Below are positions 9,542 through 20,278 of a stretch of 64,000 nucleotides of DNA, piece after piece. This DNA is from Candidatus Poribacteria bacterium (GTDB taxonomy: Bacteria > Poribacteria > WGA-4E > PCPOR2b), in assembly GCA_965208325.1 (NCBI GenBank), contig OZ242326.1, forward strand, positions 544,001 to 608,000, written 5' to 3'. Made by a program: the position numbers and the translations under genes. Within the stretch, counting starts at the first letter, position 1; each line of letters begins with the position of its first letter. The notes under the pieces are model-generated. The model did no database searches and had not been told where the DNA came from. It saw only the letters and a list, made by a program, of their open reading frames with translations.

Positions 9542-11215
9542 ATGAAACAGATTATATTATCAACAGCATTCATCCTTGAGTGCATGATTTTTGACGCCTC
9601 GCCATTGCGAGCGCAACCTTTTGACACGTCGGCGTGGTGGCTGGTGGTGAGTCCCACTACCGACGACCGTACTCAAGATTACCTTGATGCACTCGTTGAC
9701 TTGGTGAAGGAAAGGGGTAAAGTGCCGGCCGGACAAATTTCCCGACTCGAAGGAGAAAAGTGTACGCGCGAAGGCGTGCGGGCAGCCATTGCAAAAAAGG
9801 CCAGCCTAATGCAAAAAGGAGACCGACTACTATTTTTATATCGGGGTTTTGTTACCAAACCGCGACGATTAAATGCCATCTACTTTTTGACACATGGAGC
9901 GGCATCCGATAGTTACAAAAATGGATTTGAGATTCGGCAATTGAATGCTTGGGTAGGCAAATCGCCAAACGCCTCTATGTTAGCCATTATCGACGGTTTA
10001 ACCAACGACCGTAACTTAATGGCTTTTTACGCCAACCGCGAGGCGCCCGGAGATGCAGCTTACGTGTCGATTCAGCCGGCAGCGGAAAACGCCGGTCACG
10101 AATTTACGAAACATTTACTGGAAGCCTTTCAAAAAGACACAGCCGATTTGGATGAGAATCGGCGAATCTCAATTGGAGAACTACACGAATACATCACATC
10201 CAACGCGCCGCCTCAGCCAGGAATCTTGGCGCCGACCGGGAACATTGAGGCAACCATCCTGAAATTGAGACCCATGCTCAGCATTGTAACAATTCCTGAC
10301 GGCGCATCAATCTTTCTCAACGGAATACAATCTGCGCTAACGCCGTATCACCTTATTGACAACCTCAATAGTGGAATCTATGAAGCGGAAGTACGGAAAG
10401 CGGGGTATTTAATCCCCCCTTCTCAATCTACAGAGATTGATTTGGTTCAAGGTCAAGCAACTCGTTTGTCTTGGGATTTAGAATCTATCGCCGTTTTTGG
10501 CGATGTCAAGGCATCAGATGGCACAGCCCTTGTGGAAACTAGAGTGTGGATTGACGAGACTGAATACGAGCGAAGTAAGCAAATCATCGGAGAGAATCAA
10601 CACTATCGGCTTTTTGCAAACGTCGCCAACGAGTCTCGTGATAAGAGGGTTGACACTCAAGTTCTGGAACCGAACCGGACATATTCCTTGCATGCCGAGA
10701 GTGGTAGTTTTTACCACGTAGACACGACCTTCACGCTACCTAAGTATGAATCCATTCGGCAAGATTTAACTTTAGAAAAAATGTCTTGGTTTGAAGTTGC
10801 CCAGATGCGCTTTAATCGTGAGGAGTATGAGGAGTCCATCGCTGCGTTTCAAAACGGAATTGAGGATACAACTGACTTCCCAGCAATTACCCCGGCGTTC
10901 ACTCAAATGCTTTTTGATTCGTTCTCGTTGGCGATTGACAGACAAACTGATGAAATTAACTCCGCACACGTTGTTGCGGCGGCAAAGTTGGCGGATCGAC
11001 TCAGCCTCCACGAACATTCCAAGATTTACTGGACGCGGGTAAAGTCAATCGCCGCGAAAGGAAGCCAAGATTACATTCTTGCAACGGAGCGATTAAGAAT
11101 ACTGAATATGTCACGGTATTTGATTAACATCAGCATTGTATTTGCGTTGCTCGTTGTTTTGATATCCGGGGTTTTTACGCTGCATAGGCATCGCCGAAAA
11201 GCACGCAGTGGATAA
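9542..11215 (+). CDS. Exported, membrane-anchored protein: degenerate caspase-like (C14) domain, PEGA domain, TPR-like helices and C-terminal TM
   Basis: Signal peptide. CTREGVR...GDRLLFLYRG, AIIDG and ADLDENRRISIGELHEYI resemble the bacterial caspase fold. PEGA segment LSIVTIPDGASIFLNG...TP...G.YEAEVRKAGY. C-terminal TM with a basic tail. Confidence 0.6.
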   Translation: MKQIILSTAFILECMIFDASPLRAQPFDTSAWWLVVSPTTDDRTQDYLDALVDLVKERGKVPAGQISRLEGEKCTREGVRAAIAKKASLMQKGDRLLFLYRGFVTKPRRLNAIYFLTHGAASDSYKNGFEIRQLNAWVGKSPNASMLAIIDGLTNDRNLMAFYANREAPGDAAYVSIQPAAENAGHEFTKHLLEAFQKDTADLDENRRISIGELHEYITSNAPPQPGILAPTGNIEATILKLRPMLSIVTIPDGASIFLNGIQSALTPYHLIDNLNSGIYEAEVRKAGYLIPPSQSTEIDLVQGQATRLSWDLESIAVFGDVKASDGTALVETRVWIDETEYERSKQIIGENQHYRLFANVANESRDKRVDTQVLEPNRTYSLHAESGSFYHVDTTFTLPKYESIRQDLTLEKMSWFEVAQMRFNREEYEESIAAFQNGIEDTTDFPAITPAFTQMLFDSFSLAIDRQTDEINSAHVVAAAKLADRLSLHEHSKIYWTRVKSIAAKGSQDYILATERLRILNMSRYLINISIVFALLVVLISGVFTLHRHRRKARSG

Positions 11216-11316
11216 TATCGTTTATGTTGATTTTATCTTCCTACACCCTGTTTCCAATGGTCAGGCCATGCCCTCAGCCCTTTACGGCAGTACGTCGCAG
11301 GGGTACCAAAAAATGC

Positions 11317-11345
11317 TTGAAAACAGTATGAGGCAATGATATAAT
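11317..11345 (+). promoter_or_regulatory. Sigma70-type promoter for the TPR operon
   Basis: TTGAAA(11317-22)-17 nt-TATAAT(11340-45), with TGn. Confidence 0.6.
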
Positions 11346-11393
11346 AGCCTCTGGTTTTAGACTGCGGGCTTATGTTGGGAGGGCGGAAGAATT

Positions 11394-14300
11394 GTGTGTT
11401 GGTTTAGTAAAATCCTCACGATTGCCTATATCTTCACGTGGATAGTGCTCTCGGCGATTGCGGGAGAACGCGAGGAATATTCTTTCGCTTACAGTTTCTT
11501 TGAAAAACAGGCCTATGGCATTGCTAAAGATCGGTTCAAATCCTTCCTTCAGGAATATCCAAAAAGTGAAAACGCGGACCATGCTCGCTTTCTAATGGCT
11601 GAATGCGCGCTGCGGCTCAATGGATATGACGAAGCGATCCAATATTATAAACAGCTTCAGATTGACTATCCGGATAGTCCACTGCGTCTAGAGGCAGCAT
11701 TTGGCGTAGCTACCGCTTGGTTTCGGCAAGGCAAATTTGAAGAAGCCATTAAAGCCTTCGAAAAAGTTATCGAACAATCACCTGATGAACAACAGATTTC
11801 CCTTAGTCTCTATCTCATTGGAGAGGCATACGACAATTTAGGTCTCTACCAGGAAGCGGGTGAATTTTATAACCGGGTTCTCACAAAATATCCTCAGTCG
11901 GCAAAAGCCAAAGATGCCCTTTATTCAATGGGCTGGAGTCTTTACCGCCTCAAGAAATATCAAGCAGCCTATGACGTGTTTACCCGTTTCATTAATAATT
12001 ATTCTGACCACTACGCTGTTGTAGAGGCCTCGTACCGTGCTGCGGAATCGCTTTTCAATTTAAGACTTTGGGCAGATGCGCAAACCGCATACCAGGATTT
12101 TCTCACCACCTACGGTAAAGATGACAAAAACAGGCAATTTACGATAATCGCTCGATTCAAGTTGGGCGAGTGCTATTTTCAACAACGGTTGATGGACGAA
12201 GCCAAGGAGACGTTTCAACTTCTTTTACAAGAGCATGGAACATCGCCCATTGCCGTAGAGGCGCAATATTGGATCGCAGAAATACTGTTGGAGCGGGAAA
12301 AGTACCCTGAAGCAATTTATGAATATGGGAAAATAATCAATTTTCATCCGAAGAGCCATGTCGTTGACGACGCCCAGTTTGGAATTGCGATAGCACATTT
12401 TCGGCAAGGGGACTATGTGCAAGCGCGGATGCAGTTCAAGGTTGTCGCAGATAATCTGCGATCCGATCTCGCGGATTCCGCACGCTTTCGAATCGGTGAG
12501 TGCTACCGGTTACAGCGTGAATTTAATTCAGCAATCCTCAACTATAAGAAAGTACGTCCCGGATCATCATACGCGCCGGATTCCCTTTATGCGTTAGGCA
12601 CAAGTGCGTTTGAACTGCGGGATTATTCACAAGCCGCCCTTACTTTCAATGAACTGCTTCAATCTTATGATGCTAGCCCGCTTAAACCGTACACGCTTTA
12701 CCACCTCGGCCTTACCTATTTTTACGAGGAGGAATACCAGAAAAGTGTAGTAGCTTTCGATCGATTTTTCGGTGAGGCACGCAGCGTTGAGTTTGAGACT
12801 GCCCCGCATGATGAAGCGCTTTTCTGGAAAGCACGAGCACAATATGAACTTGGGAACTATCCGGAAGCAATTCAAAACTTTGAGCGGGTGCTTCAAGAGT
12901 TTCCAAACTCGCGACAATCTGAAGCAGAACTTTATATCGCCGAAAGCATCTTTTGGCATCAGCAAACGCAAAGCGGTTTTCAATCCGCACGGAGAAAATA
13001 CCAGAACCTTTTAGATAAACACCCGGAGGAGCAATGGGCGGAGAAAAGTCGATATGGAATTGGATGGACCCATTTCTCTGAAGCAACCCTGTCAGAGGAC
13101 GAAGCGGTTGGTGCAAATCATTACCAATCAGCGATTAATGCATGGGAGGAAGTGGTTAAAAATCACCCGGTCGGTGAGTTCGCGGATCAAGCGCAATACC
13201 ATATCGGGGTTGCCCATGTAAACCTTAAACAATACAACGATGCAATTGACGCCTTCAATCAGCTAATTACGGGTTATCCCGGCAGCAACTGGCGTGATGA
13301 TGCCCGTTATCACATTGGGCAGTCGCTTTATAAACAAGAAAAATACGAAGAAGCTATCCTCGCCTTTGATGAGATGCTCAAAGAGCACTCAGGATCTCAA
13401 TTCGTTCCTAAAGCGATTTTTGGAATCGCTAATTCCTATTTTAAACAGGGGATATTTAAAAAAGCTGTCGAATATTACGAACGGGTCGTTAATGAATTTC
13501 CAAACCCCGTTCGTGAGCCAGGTACGGAGAAGATAGTCGATCTCCGTCCCGAAGCACAATACTACATCGCTGAGAGCCATCTGAGCCTTCGGGATAATGC
13601 CACGGCGATTGACGCATACGGTAACGTGATTCAGCATTTTCCAGCGAGCGAGTGGGCAGATGATGCACAATATGGTGTCGCGTTAGCATTCGAAAACCTA
13701 GGGCAGAAAGAAAAAGCTGTCCAAGCGTATAGGACGTTGATCAAGAGGTACGCAAGCGGCGACCTTGCTCCGGACGCTCAAATTAAGATTGCCGGCTATT
13801 ACTATCAAGAAAAAGATTATACCCGTGCCATCGCCGAGTATCAAGAAGCAATAAACCGGTATCCCAATACACAAGAAGCATGGTTGGCCCAATACAACAT
13901 TGGAAAATCATACATCGCACTAGCTTCTTACCGGCAGGCGATTAAGGCGTTTGAACGAGTCGATCCTAGAAGCGAAATTGCTGCTACGGCGGCGTACGAA
14001 ATTGGCTTCGTTTGGTATGACAAAAAGAATCCAGGGAGGAACCTTGGGACTGCCGCGAACGCGTTGAACAAGGTAGCTCAACAATTCCCGAATAACCCGG
14101 ACGCGCCGCGTGCTCTATCGCTAGCCGGTAAGTGTTATCAGGAGTTAGCGGAATGGGACAAGGCGATTGGCGTGTTTCGGCAAATCATAGATAGCTATCC
14201 ACATTCGGAGGACGCGTATCGGGCGCAACTTGAGTTGGGGCATACTTATCTCGCGCAGGAGAAATACCAAAACGCAATTTCAGCTTATGATGTTATCCGC

Positions 14301-14660
14301 AAGAAAGGGACAGACGAATACCCTATTGATATCGTCATTGACGCCGTGTTGAAACTAGCAGAATCTCAATTGAACGTTGGTAATCATGAGGATGGTGCAA
14401 TTACTTATCTTCGCATTCCTCTGCTGTACAAGCAATACGATCCACTAATCGCGCTAAACGCAACGGTTCGCGCTGCTAACGCCTTTTTGGTGGCCGGTAA
14501 GAGCTATATGGCAAAGGACACTTATGAAGATGCCATTAAATTCTATGAATCAAACGCTTCAAAGGTACAGGACTCCAAAATTAGGGACGATTGGGATAAG
14601 TTATACGACACTTCGAAGACAAAACTCCAGCAACTTATCCGCCATATTGAGCAAGAATGA
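11394..14660 (+). CDS. Giant periplasmic tetratricopeptide-repeat protein (BamD/CpoB-like repeats)
   Basis: Signal peptide, then more than 20 TPR units of the A.Y..G..Y......A...F......YP.S type across 1088 aa. Confidence 0.9.
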   Translation: MCWFSKILTIAYIFTWIVLSAIAGEREEYSFAYSFFEKQAYGIAKDRFKSFLQEYPKSENADHARFLMAECALRLNGYDEAIQYYKQLQIDYPDSPLRLEAAFGVATAWFRQGKFEEAIKAFEKVIEQSPDEQQISLSLYLIGEAYDNLGLYQEAGEFYNRVLTKYPQSAKAKDALYSMGWSLYRLKKYQAAYDVFTRFINNYSDHYAVVEASYRAAESLFNLRLWADAQTAYQDFLTTYGKDDKNRQFTIIARFKLGECYFQQRLMDEAKETFQLLLQEHGTSPIAVEAQYWIAEILLEREKYPEAIYEYGKIINFHPKSHVVDDAQFGIAIAHFRQGDYVQARMQFKVVADNLRSDLADSARFRIGECYRLQREFNSAILNYKKVRPGSSYAPDSLYALGTSAFELRDYSQAALTFNELLQSYDASPLKPYTLYHLGLTYFYEEEYQKSVVAFDRFFGEARSVEFETAPHDEALFWKARAQYELGNYPEAIQNFERVLQEFPNSRQSEAELYIAESIFWHQQTQSGFQSARRKYQNLLDKHPEEQWAEKSRYGIGWTHFSEATLSEDEAVGANHYQSAINAWEEVVKNHPVGEFADQAQYHIGVAHVNLKQYNDAIDAFNQLITGYPGSNWRDDARYHIGQSLYKQEKYEEAILAFDEMLKEHSGSQFVPKAIFGIANSYFKQGIFKKAVEYYERVVNEFPNPVREPGTEKIVDLRPEAQYYIAESHLSLRDNATAIDAYGNVIQHFPASEWADDAQYGVALAFENLGQKEKAVQAYRTLIKRYASGDLAPDAQIKIAGYYYQEKDYTRAIAEYQEAINRYPNTQEAWLAQYNIGKSYIALASYRQAIKAFERVDPRSEIAATAAYEIGFVWYDKKNPGRNLGTAANALNKVAQQFPNNPDAPRALSLAGKCYQELAEWDKAIGVFRQIIDSYPHSEDAYRAQLELGHTYLAQEKYQNAISAYDVIRKKGTDEYPIDIVIDAVLKLAESQLNVGNHEDGAITYLRIPLLYKQYDPLIALNATVRAANAFLVAGKSYMAKDTYEDAIKFYESNASKVQDSKIRDDWDKLYDTSKTKLQQLIRHIEQE

Positions 14661-14704
14661 GTAAAATCCGCGATCCCAAGACGAAGTCGATATGAGACAA
14701 TTCT

Positions 14705-16423
14705 ATGCCCCGATTGGTATGCACAATACTCTGGGTTAGCCTTTTCATTGTCCGGATCGCATCTCTTTACGCCGAGGAGCCGCAAATAGACCAAGACGAG
14801 CATGTGGATGCTAAGGAGGAACAATTAGAGGCGGATTTACCGGATGTCATTCGGGCGAAAATAATTGATAAAACACGAATCGTACTTGAGCCGCGCAGGC
14901 GCTTTAGCGACCCATCAAAACCGAAATTGATTAGCGCAAAGGGAATATACGCTAAGGAGCGCCTATGGAATTTGTCTCCGGCTTCGATACCGCAAAAAGC
15001 TGTTGCACCGCAGGTGGCGCATTCAAAAACCCACGTCGTCAATTTCACGGCTTATCCAAGTTTCCCTGATTCGCTCTATTACCGTGCACTTTTTGGAGTA
15101 CACGCCAACCGATCACGGGGATTCCTTTACCTAGATGGTAAGCAGCTTGGTGACAAGCGTACAAGGCAACTGGGGGACTATAACTACAATAGTGTTCGAG
15201 GTGAGTTGAGTTATCAACACCTAAATAAGAGCGAAATTTCTCTTGATGTGGGTCTCGACCTCAAAAGCCTCAATTGGCGATCAGCACCAAACAATCAAGA
15301 GCGGGAAAAATTGCCGAAGGATTTTACATTCCTTAGTTCCGCGATAAGTTGGAAGCAACAGATTGGAGAATCGGCATGGGCGAGGCTTAATCTTGACGCG
15401 GAATCAATGCGTCTGACGCATGATGCGCCAGATCAACAGAATGATGGGACGGATCTTCGTTTCAATTGCGACGCAATGATTCCGCTGCCTTTTCAGAACC
15501 CGTTTCAGGCAGGTGATACGGTAGATGTAAATCCAATTCACATTGGTAGTGCCATTGAATACTACGCTATAAATACCCGAGGGGAACACGAGAATTGGTC
15601 GCCAATCATACGTTTATATGTACGAGATGAGTTTACGCTTTTTGGACCGTTTGCATTAAGCATGCGAGCGGAGGGGGTCAATTTTAGTGATCGGACTGAT
15701 AGCGGAGAAGATCTGACGCGATTACGTTTTGATCCCAGCCTTGCGGTTACGACCAACTTAGGTAGACGGTGGATTTTTCGTATACACGGTATGCGGACGA
15801 CGCACCAACCCAAATTGTCGTCACTTTATTTCGAAACGGATTATATCAGCTTTAATCCTTCTCTTCGACCCGAAAAGACTTGGGACGGTCGGGTAAAGTT
15901 GAAATACCATCAAGGCAGAAAATTAGTAATCGGTCTCTCAGGATTTGCAAGGCAGATTGATGATTTAGTAGTTCTTGAAAGAGTAACGGATAAACAGAGT
16001 CCGCTTGCGTGGGTGCCAGCCAACATTGAAGCTCAGATTTATGGCGGTAAACTCGATTTCTCAGCGCAAGCCACCAATCGGCTCGAGTTTCGATTGCAAT
16101 ACATTCATGAATTTCACCGCCCAAAGCAGGTAGAGAACATCAATTACAGACCCGAGGATTTAGTGAATTTAAGGGTTGAATATTATATTTCAGGCGATTT
16201 TCGATTTGAACTAGATGGAGAATTTAGCGGCGCTCGTTATGCTGAAAAAGATGAAACTTTGGATCACTATTTCTTGTTCAAACCAAGGCTGAGTAAAACC
16301 GTAGGGACATATATAGATACGTTCATCGGCTGCACATTCGCAATTGGCGAGTATGCCGTGCTCCATAAAGACCTTACATTCTCACAGAACACCGTCGATT
16401 TTGGCGTAGAATTGAGATTCTAA
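14705..16423 (+). CDS. Outer-membrane beta-barrel protein, TonB-dependent receptor-like
   Basis: Signal peptide and amphipathic strands. P.LSSLY, NPSLRPEK and YRPE are TBDT-like motifs. C-terminal FGVELRF beta-signal. Confidence 0.75.
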   Translation: MPRLVCTILWVSLFIVRIASLYAEEPQIDQDEHVDAKEEQLEADLPDVIRAKIIDKTRIVLEPRRRFSDPSKPKLISAKGIYAKERLWNLSPASIPQKAVAPQVAHSKTHVVNFTAYPSFPDSLYYRALFGVHANRSRGFLYLDGKQLGDKRTRQLGDYNYNSVRGELSYQHLNKSEISLDVGLDLKSLNWRSAPNNQEREKLPKDFTFLSSAISWKQQIGESAWARLNLDAESMRLTHDAPDQQNDGTDLRFNCDAMIPLPFQNPFQAGDTVDVNPIHIGSAIEYYAINTRGEHENWSPIIRLYVRDEFTLFGPFALSMRAEGVNFSDRTDSGEDLTRLRFDPSLAVTTNLGRRWIFRIHGMRTTHQPKLSSLYFETDYISFNPSLRPEKTWDGRVKLKYHQGRKLVIGLSGFARQIDDLVVLERVTDKQSPLAWVPANIEAQIYGGKLDFSAQATNRLEFRLQYIHEFHRPKQVENINYRPEDLVNLRVEYYISGDFRFELDGEFSGARYAEKDETLDHYFLFKPRLSKTVGTYIDTFIGCTFAIGEYAVLHKDLTFSQNTVDFGVELRF

Positions 16424-16727
16424 CGGGCAATGTGTTTTTTACCGCGAGAGCGTCCACAGTTTGTTTGAATGCAGATGGAATTGAGTTGAAAAGTTAGATT
16501 TAAAATACAGGTGTTACGCTGCAAGATGATTTTCTTTTGATAAATTGGGTGCAGATTAATTGATTTTTCATAAAAGCGGAATTTGAACAACTGTGAAGGG
16601 ATGTAAGATGGCAGAAATTCTTGTATGAAACGGAAGGCGTGACTGTTCACGCACTCAATTTTTTTTGGGGTATCCGAAGAAATAACGTGAACCGTCGCTG
16701 CACTGTATTTCATTTATCCGCTTCAAT

Positions 16728-17420
16728 TTGTCTATGGGTCAATTTGTTCATATTATTCTTTCGGGGTTAGGGCAATTAAGCGAGGGAGGCCTAATTTTAA
16801 TCCCACTAGTTGCCTTTTCGCTTTGTTCGCACACAATTATATTGGAACGCGCGTATCACTTGCGCCGCAAACGGATAATTCCTTCGCACTTTGTGACGCG
16901 TAGCATTTACAACGAGTTAGTCCAGGGCAATCCAGAAATAGCCATTAGGATGTGTGAGAAAAAACCGGGGCCCTTGACTAACATTCTTCGAGCAGGTTTA
17001 GAACATCGGGACGCGGAAGAAGAAACAATTAAACGGGCCATTCGAATCGCAACCAATACGGAGAAGCGTGTTTTAACACGATACCTTAACTTTTTGGGAC
17101 TGCTGGCTTCAGTGTCTCTTTATACGGGTTTGCTTGGCACGGTCGTCGGCATGATACACTCGTTCGGGGCATTATACGTTGGGAAACCAACTGATATTGC
17201 TGTTGGAATCTCACAGGCTCTACTAACCACCGCAGCGGGGTTGATTGTCGCATTGCCCGCTTATGTGGCGAATGATTATTTTCGAAGCAAGTTGCAGAAC
17301 TTCTTTATAGCGCTTGAGAGACACGGGCTGTCATTGGTTCGATTTCTTACTACGGAGGAATACAACCTATTTCAGGGCGAGTTTGAAGGCATTCGAGTAA
17401 TCGAGGAAAATGGTGGATGA
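16728..17420 (+). CDS. MotA/TolQ/ExbB proton-channel family protein
   Basis: IILER, GLLGTVVGMI.SF and GISQALLTTAAGLIVALPA motifs. Confidence 0.92.
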   Translation: MSMGQFVHIILSGLGQLSEGGLILIPLVAFSLCSHTIILERAYHLRRKRIIPSHFVTRSIYNELVQGNPEIAIRMCEKKPGPLTNILRAGLEHRDAEEETIKRAIRIATNTEKRVLTRYLNFLGLLASVSLYTGLLGTVVGMIHSFGALYVGKPTDIAVGISQALLTTAAGLIVALPAYVANDYFRSKLQNFFIALERHGLSLVRFLTTEEYNLFQGEFEGIRVIEENGG

Positions 17421-18316
17421 CCAATAGGCGCAGCGAAGTCGGGATGGCAGTATTTTTGACGATTGCCATTGTTGAGCATGTGATATTTATTCTTGTTTTG
17501 GCCACAGTTGTTTATACTGAACCAGTGCCAAAACCCGATCGTCCAGTTACAGTGGACATTATTCAAAATGTGCAACCGCAGGAAAAGCGGCTTTTGGATG
17601 AAAAACCAGTTGCGTCTATGCCTGTGCAACCTCAGGTGCAAGATGATTTACCCCCGATTCGCTTTACACATAACCGCCAAGAGTATCTACAACCTTCGGA
17701 CTCCAATGATAGATTGCCGGAAACGCACCAAAAACGGTTAGTCAATCCAAAATCTGCTCGGTTTTCTTTGGAGATTGCGCGTCCTCAAGGCAACAAGCGA
17801 GATTTAGTGGATAATTCGCCAAACGCTATCGTTCGCACAAAACCGCTTGTTAAAACGCCCGGGTATCATGGACCCGAACCCCGGGAACTACCAGAAACAA
17901 ATGGCGGGAAATTCACTCGAGGCACAAGGGAACAAAACTCCATTGGGCGGCTCCCCGCAAAGAGTTCGGTAAACACCCGTATCAGTCGTATCGCGGGCAG
18001 TGGCGAAGACGGAAATATCCGAATCTCTGGCGAAGTTGGCGGCAGAAAGTATCGCCTGCCTCCCGCCATTCAGACTGAAGGCAAGCAAGGTGGAAGCATT
18101 CAACTCAGTTTCAGAGTGAAACCTAATGGAACTGTTGATAGTAGCAGCGTGCGTATCGAATTTGGTCCTAAAACGACAGTCGGAGAAGTCCAATTAAAAA
18201 GAAAAGCAATACGATATCTCGTAGGAATTCGATTTGCAGCCCTTCCCAAAAACGTACGGCAAGTTAATCAATCAGGGGAACTATTCATCGAATTTTCAAC
18301 ACAATCAAGTCAATAG
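17417..18316 (+). CDS. TonB/TolA-like energy transducer
   Basis: N-terminal TM with His (AIVEHVIFILVL), Pro-rich linker and a TonB_C-like C-terminus (GSIQLSFRVKPNGTV...F). Overlaps the ExbB stop (ATGA). Confidence 0.7.
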   Translation: MTNRRSEVGMAVFLTIAIVEHVIFILVLATVVYTEPVPKPDRPVTVDIIQNVQPQEKRLLDEKPVASMPVQPQVQDDLPPIRFTHNRQEYLQPSDSNDRLPETHQKRLVNPKSARFSLEIARPQGNKRDLVDNSPNAIVRTKPLVKTPGYHGPEPRELPETNGGKFTRGTREQNSIGRLPAKSSVNTRISRIAGSGEDGNIRISGEVGGRKYRLPPAIQTEGKQGGSIQLSFRVKPNGTVDSSSVRIEFGPKTTVGEVQLKRKAIRYLVGIRFAALPKNVRQVNQSGELFIEFSTQSSQ

Positions 18317-18790
18317 GTTTTTCGTTTAGTCTTGTCATTCCTAAAATTGGCAGGAGATCGACAGCACTTTAATACAAAAAACATGAATCGTTACGCGTGC
18401 TTACGTGCTTTTTGATAATAGTTACATTTTGAATGGTACATCAATATTTCAGTCCACATTCCGATGCAACGCTGAAGACAAATTAATCGAAATTGTTTAT
18501 CAATCAGGATAATATATCTTTATAAATCTCGAATAATGGGAAATGGGCTTATACTATCCTGACCCATTGAATTGTCATTTAAAAGTTGAAAACCCATACC
18601 GCAATTTTTTCAATGTAATACCTGCTTCAACACTTTTTTATGTAGTGAAGATCGAGCGAATGTTCAGCGAGTGCGATAATTTCTGCGGCATAAGAAGATC
18701 ATTGCTTTCGTTATTCACTCGGTTGATTGCAAAGCGTCTAGAGTCTTAATTCCTCAATTTGTCAACTTTACACTAAAAAGGAGAAACAAA

Positions 18791-20173
18791 ATGAATCGCC
18801 TGAAAGTTCTTTGCCTTAATTTTGCACTTGCTGGCTTAGCTGTAATCATTGTTGGGTGCTCCGGCGGAATGAGCGGTATTGTACCCCTGAGTGCGAAAAT
18901 ACAAAACGCTGACCGCAAACTTGCGGAGGCGGAGCAACTTCAATTTAAAGGTGACACGAAAGAAGAAAAAACAACATTTGATGCAGAAAAGAAAGAACTT
19001 TACGATGATGCGCTTCGTCGATACTTGGAAATTATTGAGGCTGCACCGCAAGGAAAATATGCACAGCGGGCGCATTTCCAAGTAGCTGAAATTTACAAAA
19101 AACGTTATGATTGGGATAGTTCTGTACAACATTTTCAATCAATCGTAGATCTGTCCCCAACGGGTTATTATGCCAGCCGGGCGAAGAGCGGCATTGCTGA
19201 CATTCGCAAGAATCGTCGAATCATTCAGGAAAAACGTCGTATCTATCAAAACCGGCGCCTTCTCGAAGACGACGAAAGCCAAACTTTAGCTGCGAAAGCC
19301 TTGTATGATGTCGCGAAGGCTTATGAAACGATTGGCAATTATCCGGAGGCAGTTGAAAATTATGAGAAACTAATCGCTGAATTCTCTGAATATAAGTTGA
19401 CGCCTCAAGTGCAGTTCCAAATTGGCAACATCTATTTCTATAGGCTGCACGATTATTCAAACTCTGGCGGTTGGGGCGCATTTGTGAAGGTTATCGAAGC
19501 CTATCCCGAATCATTCGAGGCGCGCGAAGCAGAGACGCTTTTGAAAAAGTCCAGTCGAACCCTTACCCAGATAGCCCAAGAAATGGAGCTCATTGAGTCC
19601 TATAAAAATAAGAAGGCGTTTGACTATCGCGACACTGGCCGCTATGTACCATCTACTGAATTATGGAAGATGGGTTACTCCGACCATGCTGTCCAGGCTT
19701 ATCAGGAAGTCGCCCGTGGCTGGGAAAAAATGAGGAATTATACATTTGCAATCGCCGCTTACGACAAACTGGTAGAGTATATATCTCACAGAAAGTTTGC
19801 GGTTGCTGATGCATTATTTCAAACGGGGGTTTTGTACCAGAAAAACGGTGAGCTCGAACGGGCAATTGATGCATACCACCGGTTATTTGAAAAAGCGCCC
19901 GAATCAACCTGGCGCGCTGAAGCGGTATATAACCAAGCCGTCTGTTTTCAGTCTATCCGTGAGTTCAACGAAGCGTATAGGGGGTTCAAAGCTTACATGA
20001 GTCTCGGCGATGATGGTAAGTATTACCGCGAAGCGGAACAGCGTGTACGTCAGTTTGAACTTGATCAGGATGGAGATGGATATAAGTTCTACAAAGAACA
20101 GGAAGCCGGAACATCCGATCAAGACGCGGACGATTTTCCTGGGGCGCAACAGCCTGCGGCGAGCGGCATGTAA
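18791..20173 (+). CDS. TPR lipoprotein with C-terminal TSP3-like Ca-binding motif
   Basis: Lipobox IIVGC, TPR units and DQDGDGY...EQEAGTSDQDADDFP. AAGGAG RBS. Confidence 0.8.
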   Translation: MNRLKVLCLNFALAGLAVIIVGCSGGMSGIVPLSAKIQNADRKLAEAEQLQFKGDTKEEKTTFDAEKKELYDDALRRYLEIIEAAPQGKYAQRAHFQVAEIYKKRYDWDSSVQHFQSIVDLSPTGYYASRAKSGIADIRKNRRIIQEKRRIYQNRRLLEDDESQTLAAKALYDVAKAYETIGNYPEAVENYEKLIAEFSEYKLTPQVQFQIGNIYFYRLHDYSNSGGWGAFVKVIEAYPESFEAREAETLLKKSSRTLTQIAQEMELIESYKNKKAFDYRDTGRYVPSTELWKMGYSDHAVQAYQEVARGWEKMRNYTFAIAAYDKLVEYISHRKFAVADALFQTGVLYQKNGELERAIDAYHRLFEKAPESTWRAEAVYNQAVCFQSIREFNEAYRGFKAYMSLGDDGKYYREAEQRVRQFELDQDGDGYKFYKEQEAGTSDQDADDFPGAQQPAASGM

Positions 20174-20278
20174 CGGACATATTTACCTTCTCACGTCGAA
20201 CAACATGCGAGAGCCGGGACGCTTCGGCGCCGCTTAATGTTACGCCTTCCTTAGAATTGCAGCATCCATGGAGGCAAT

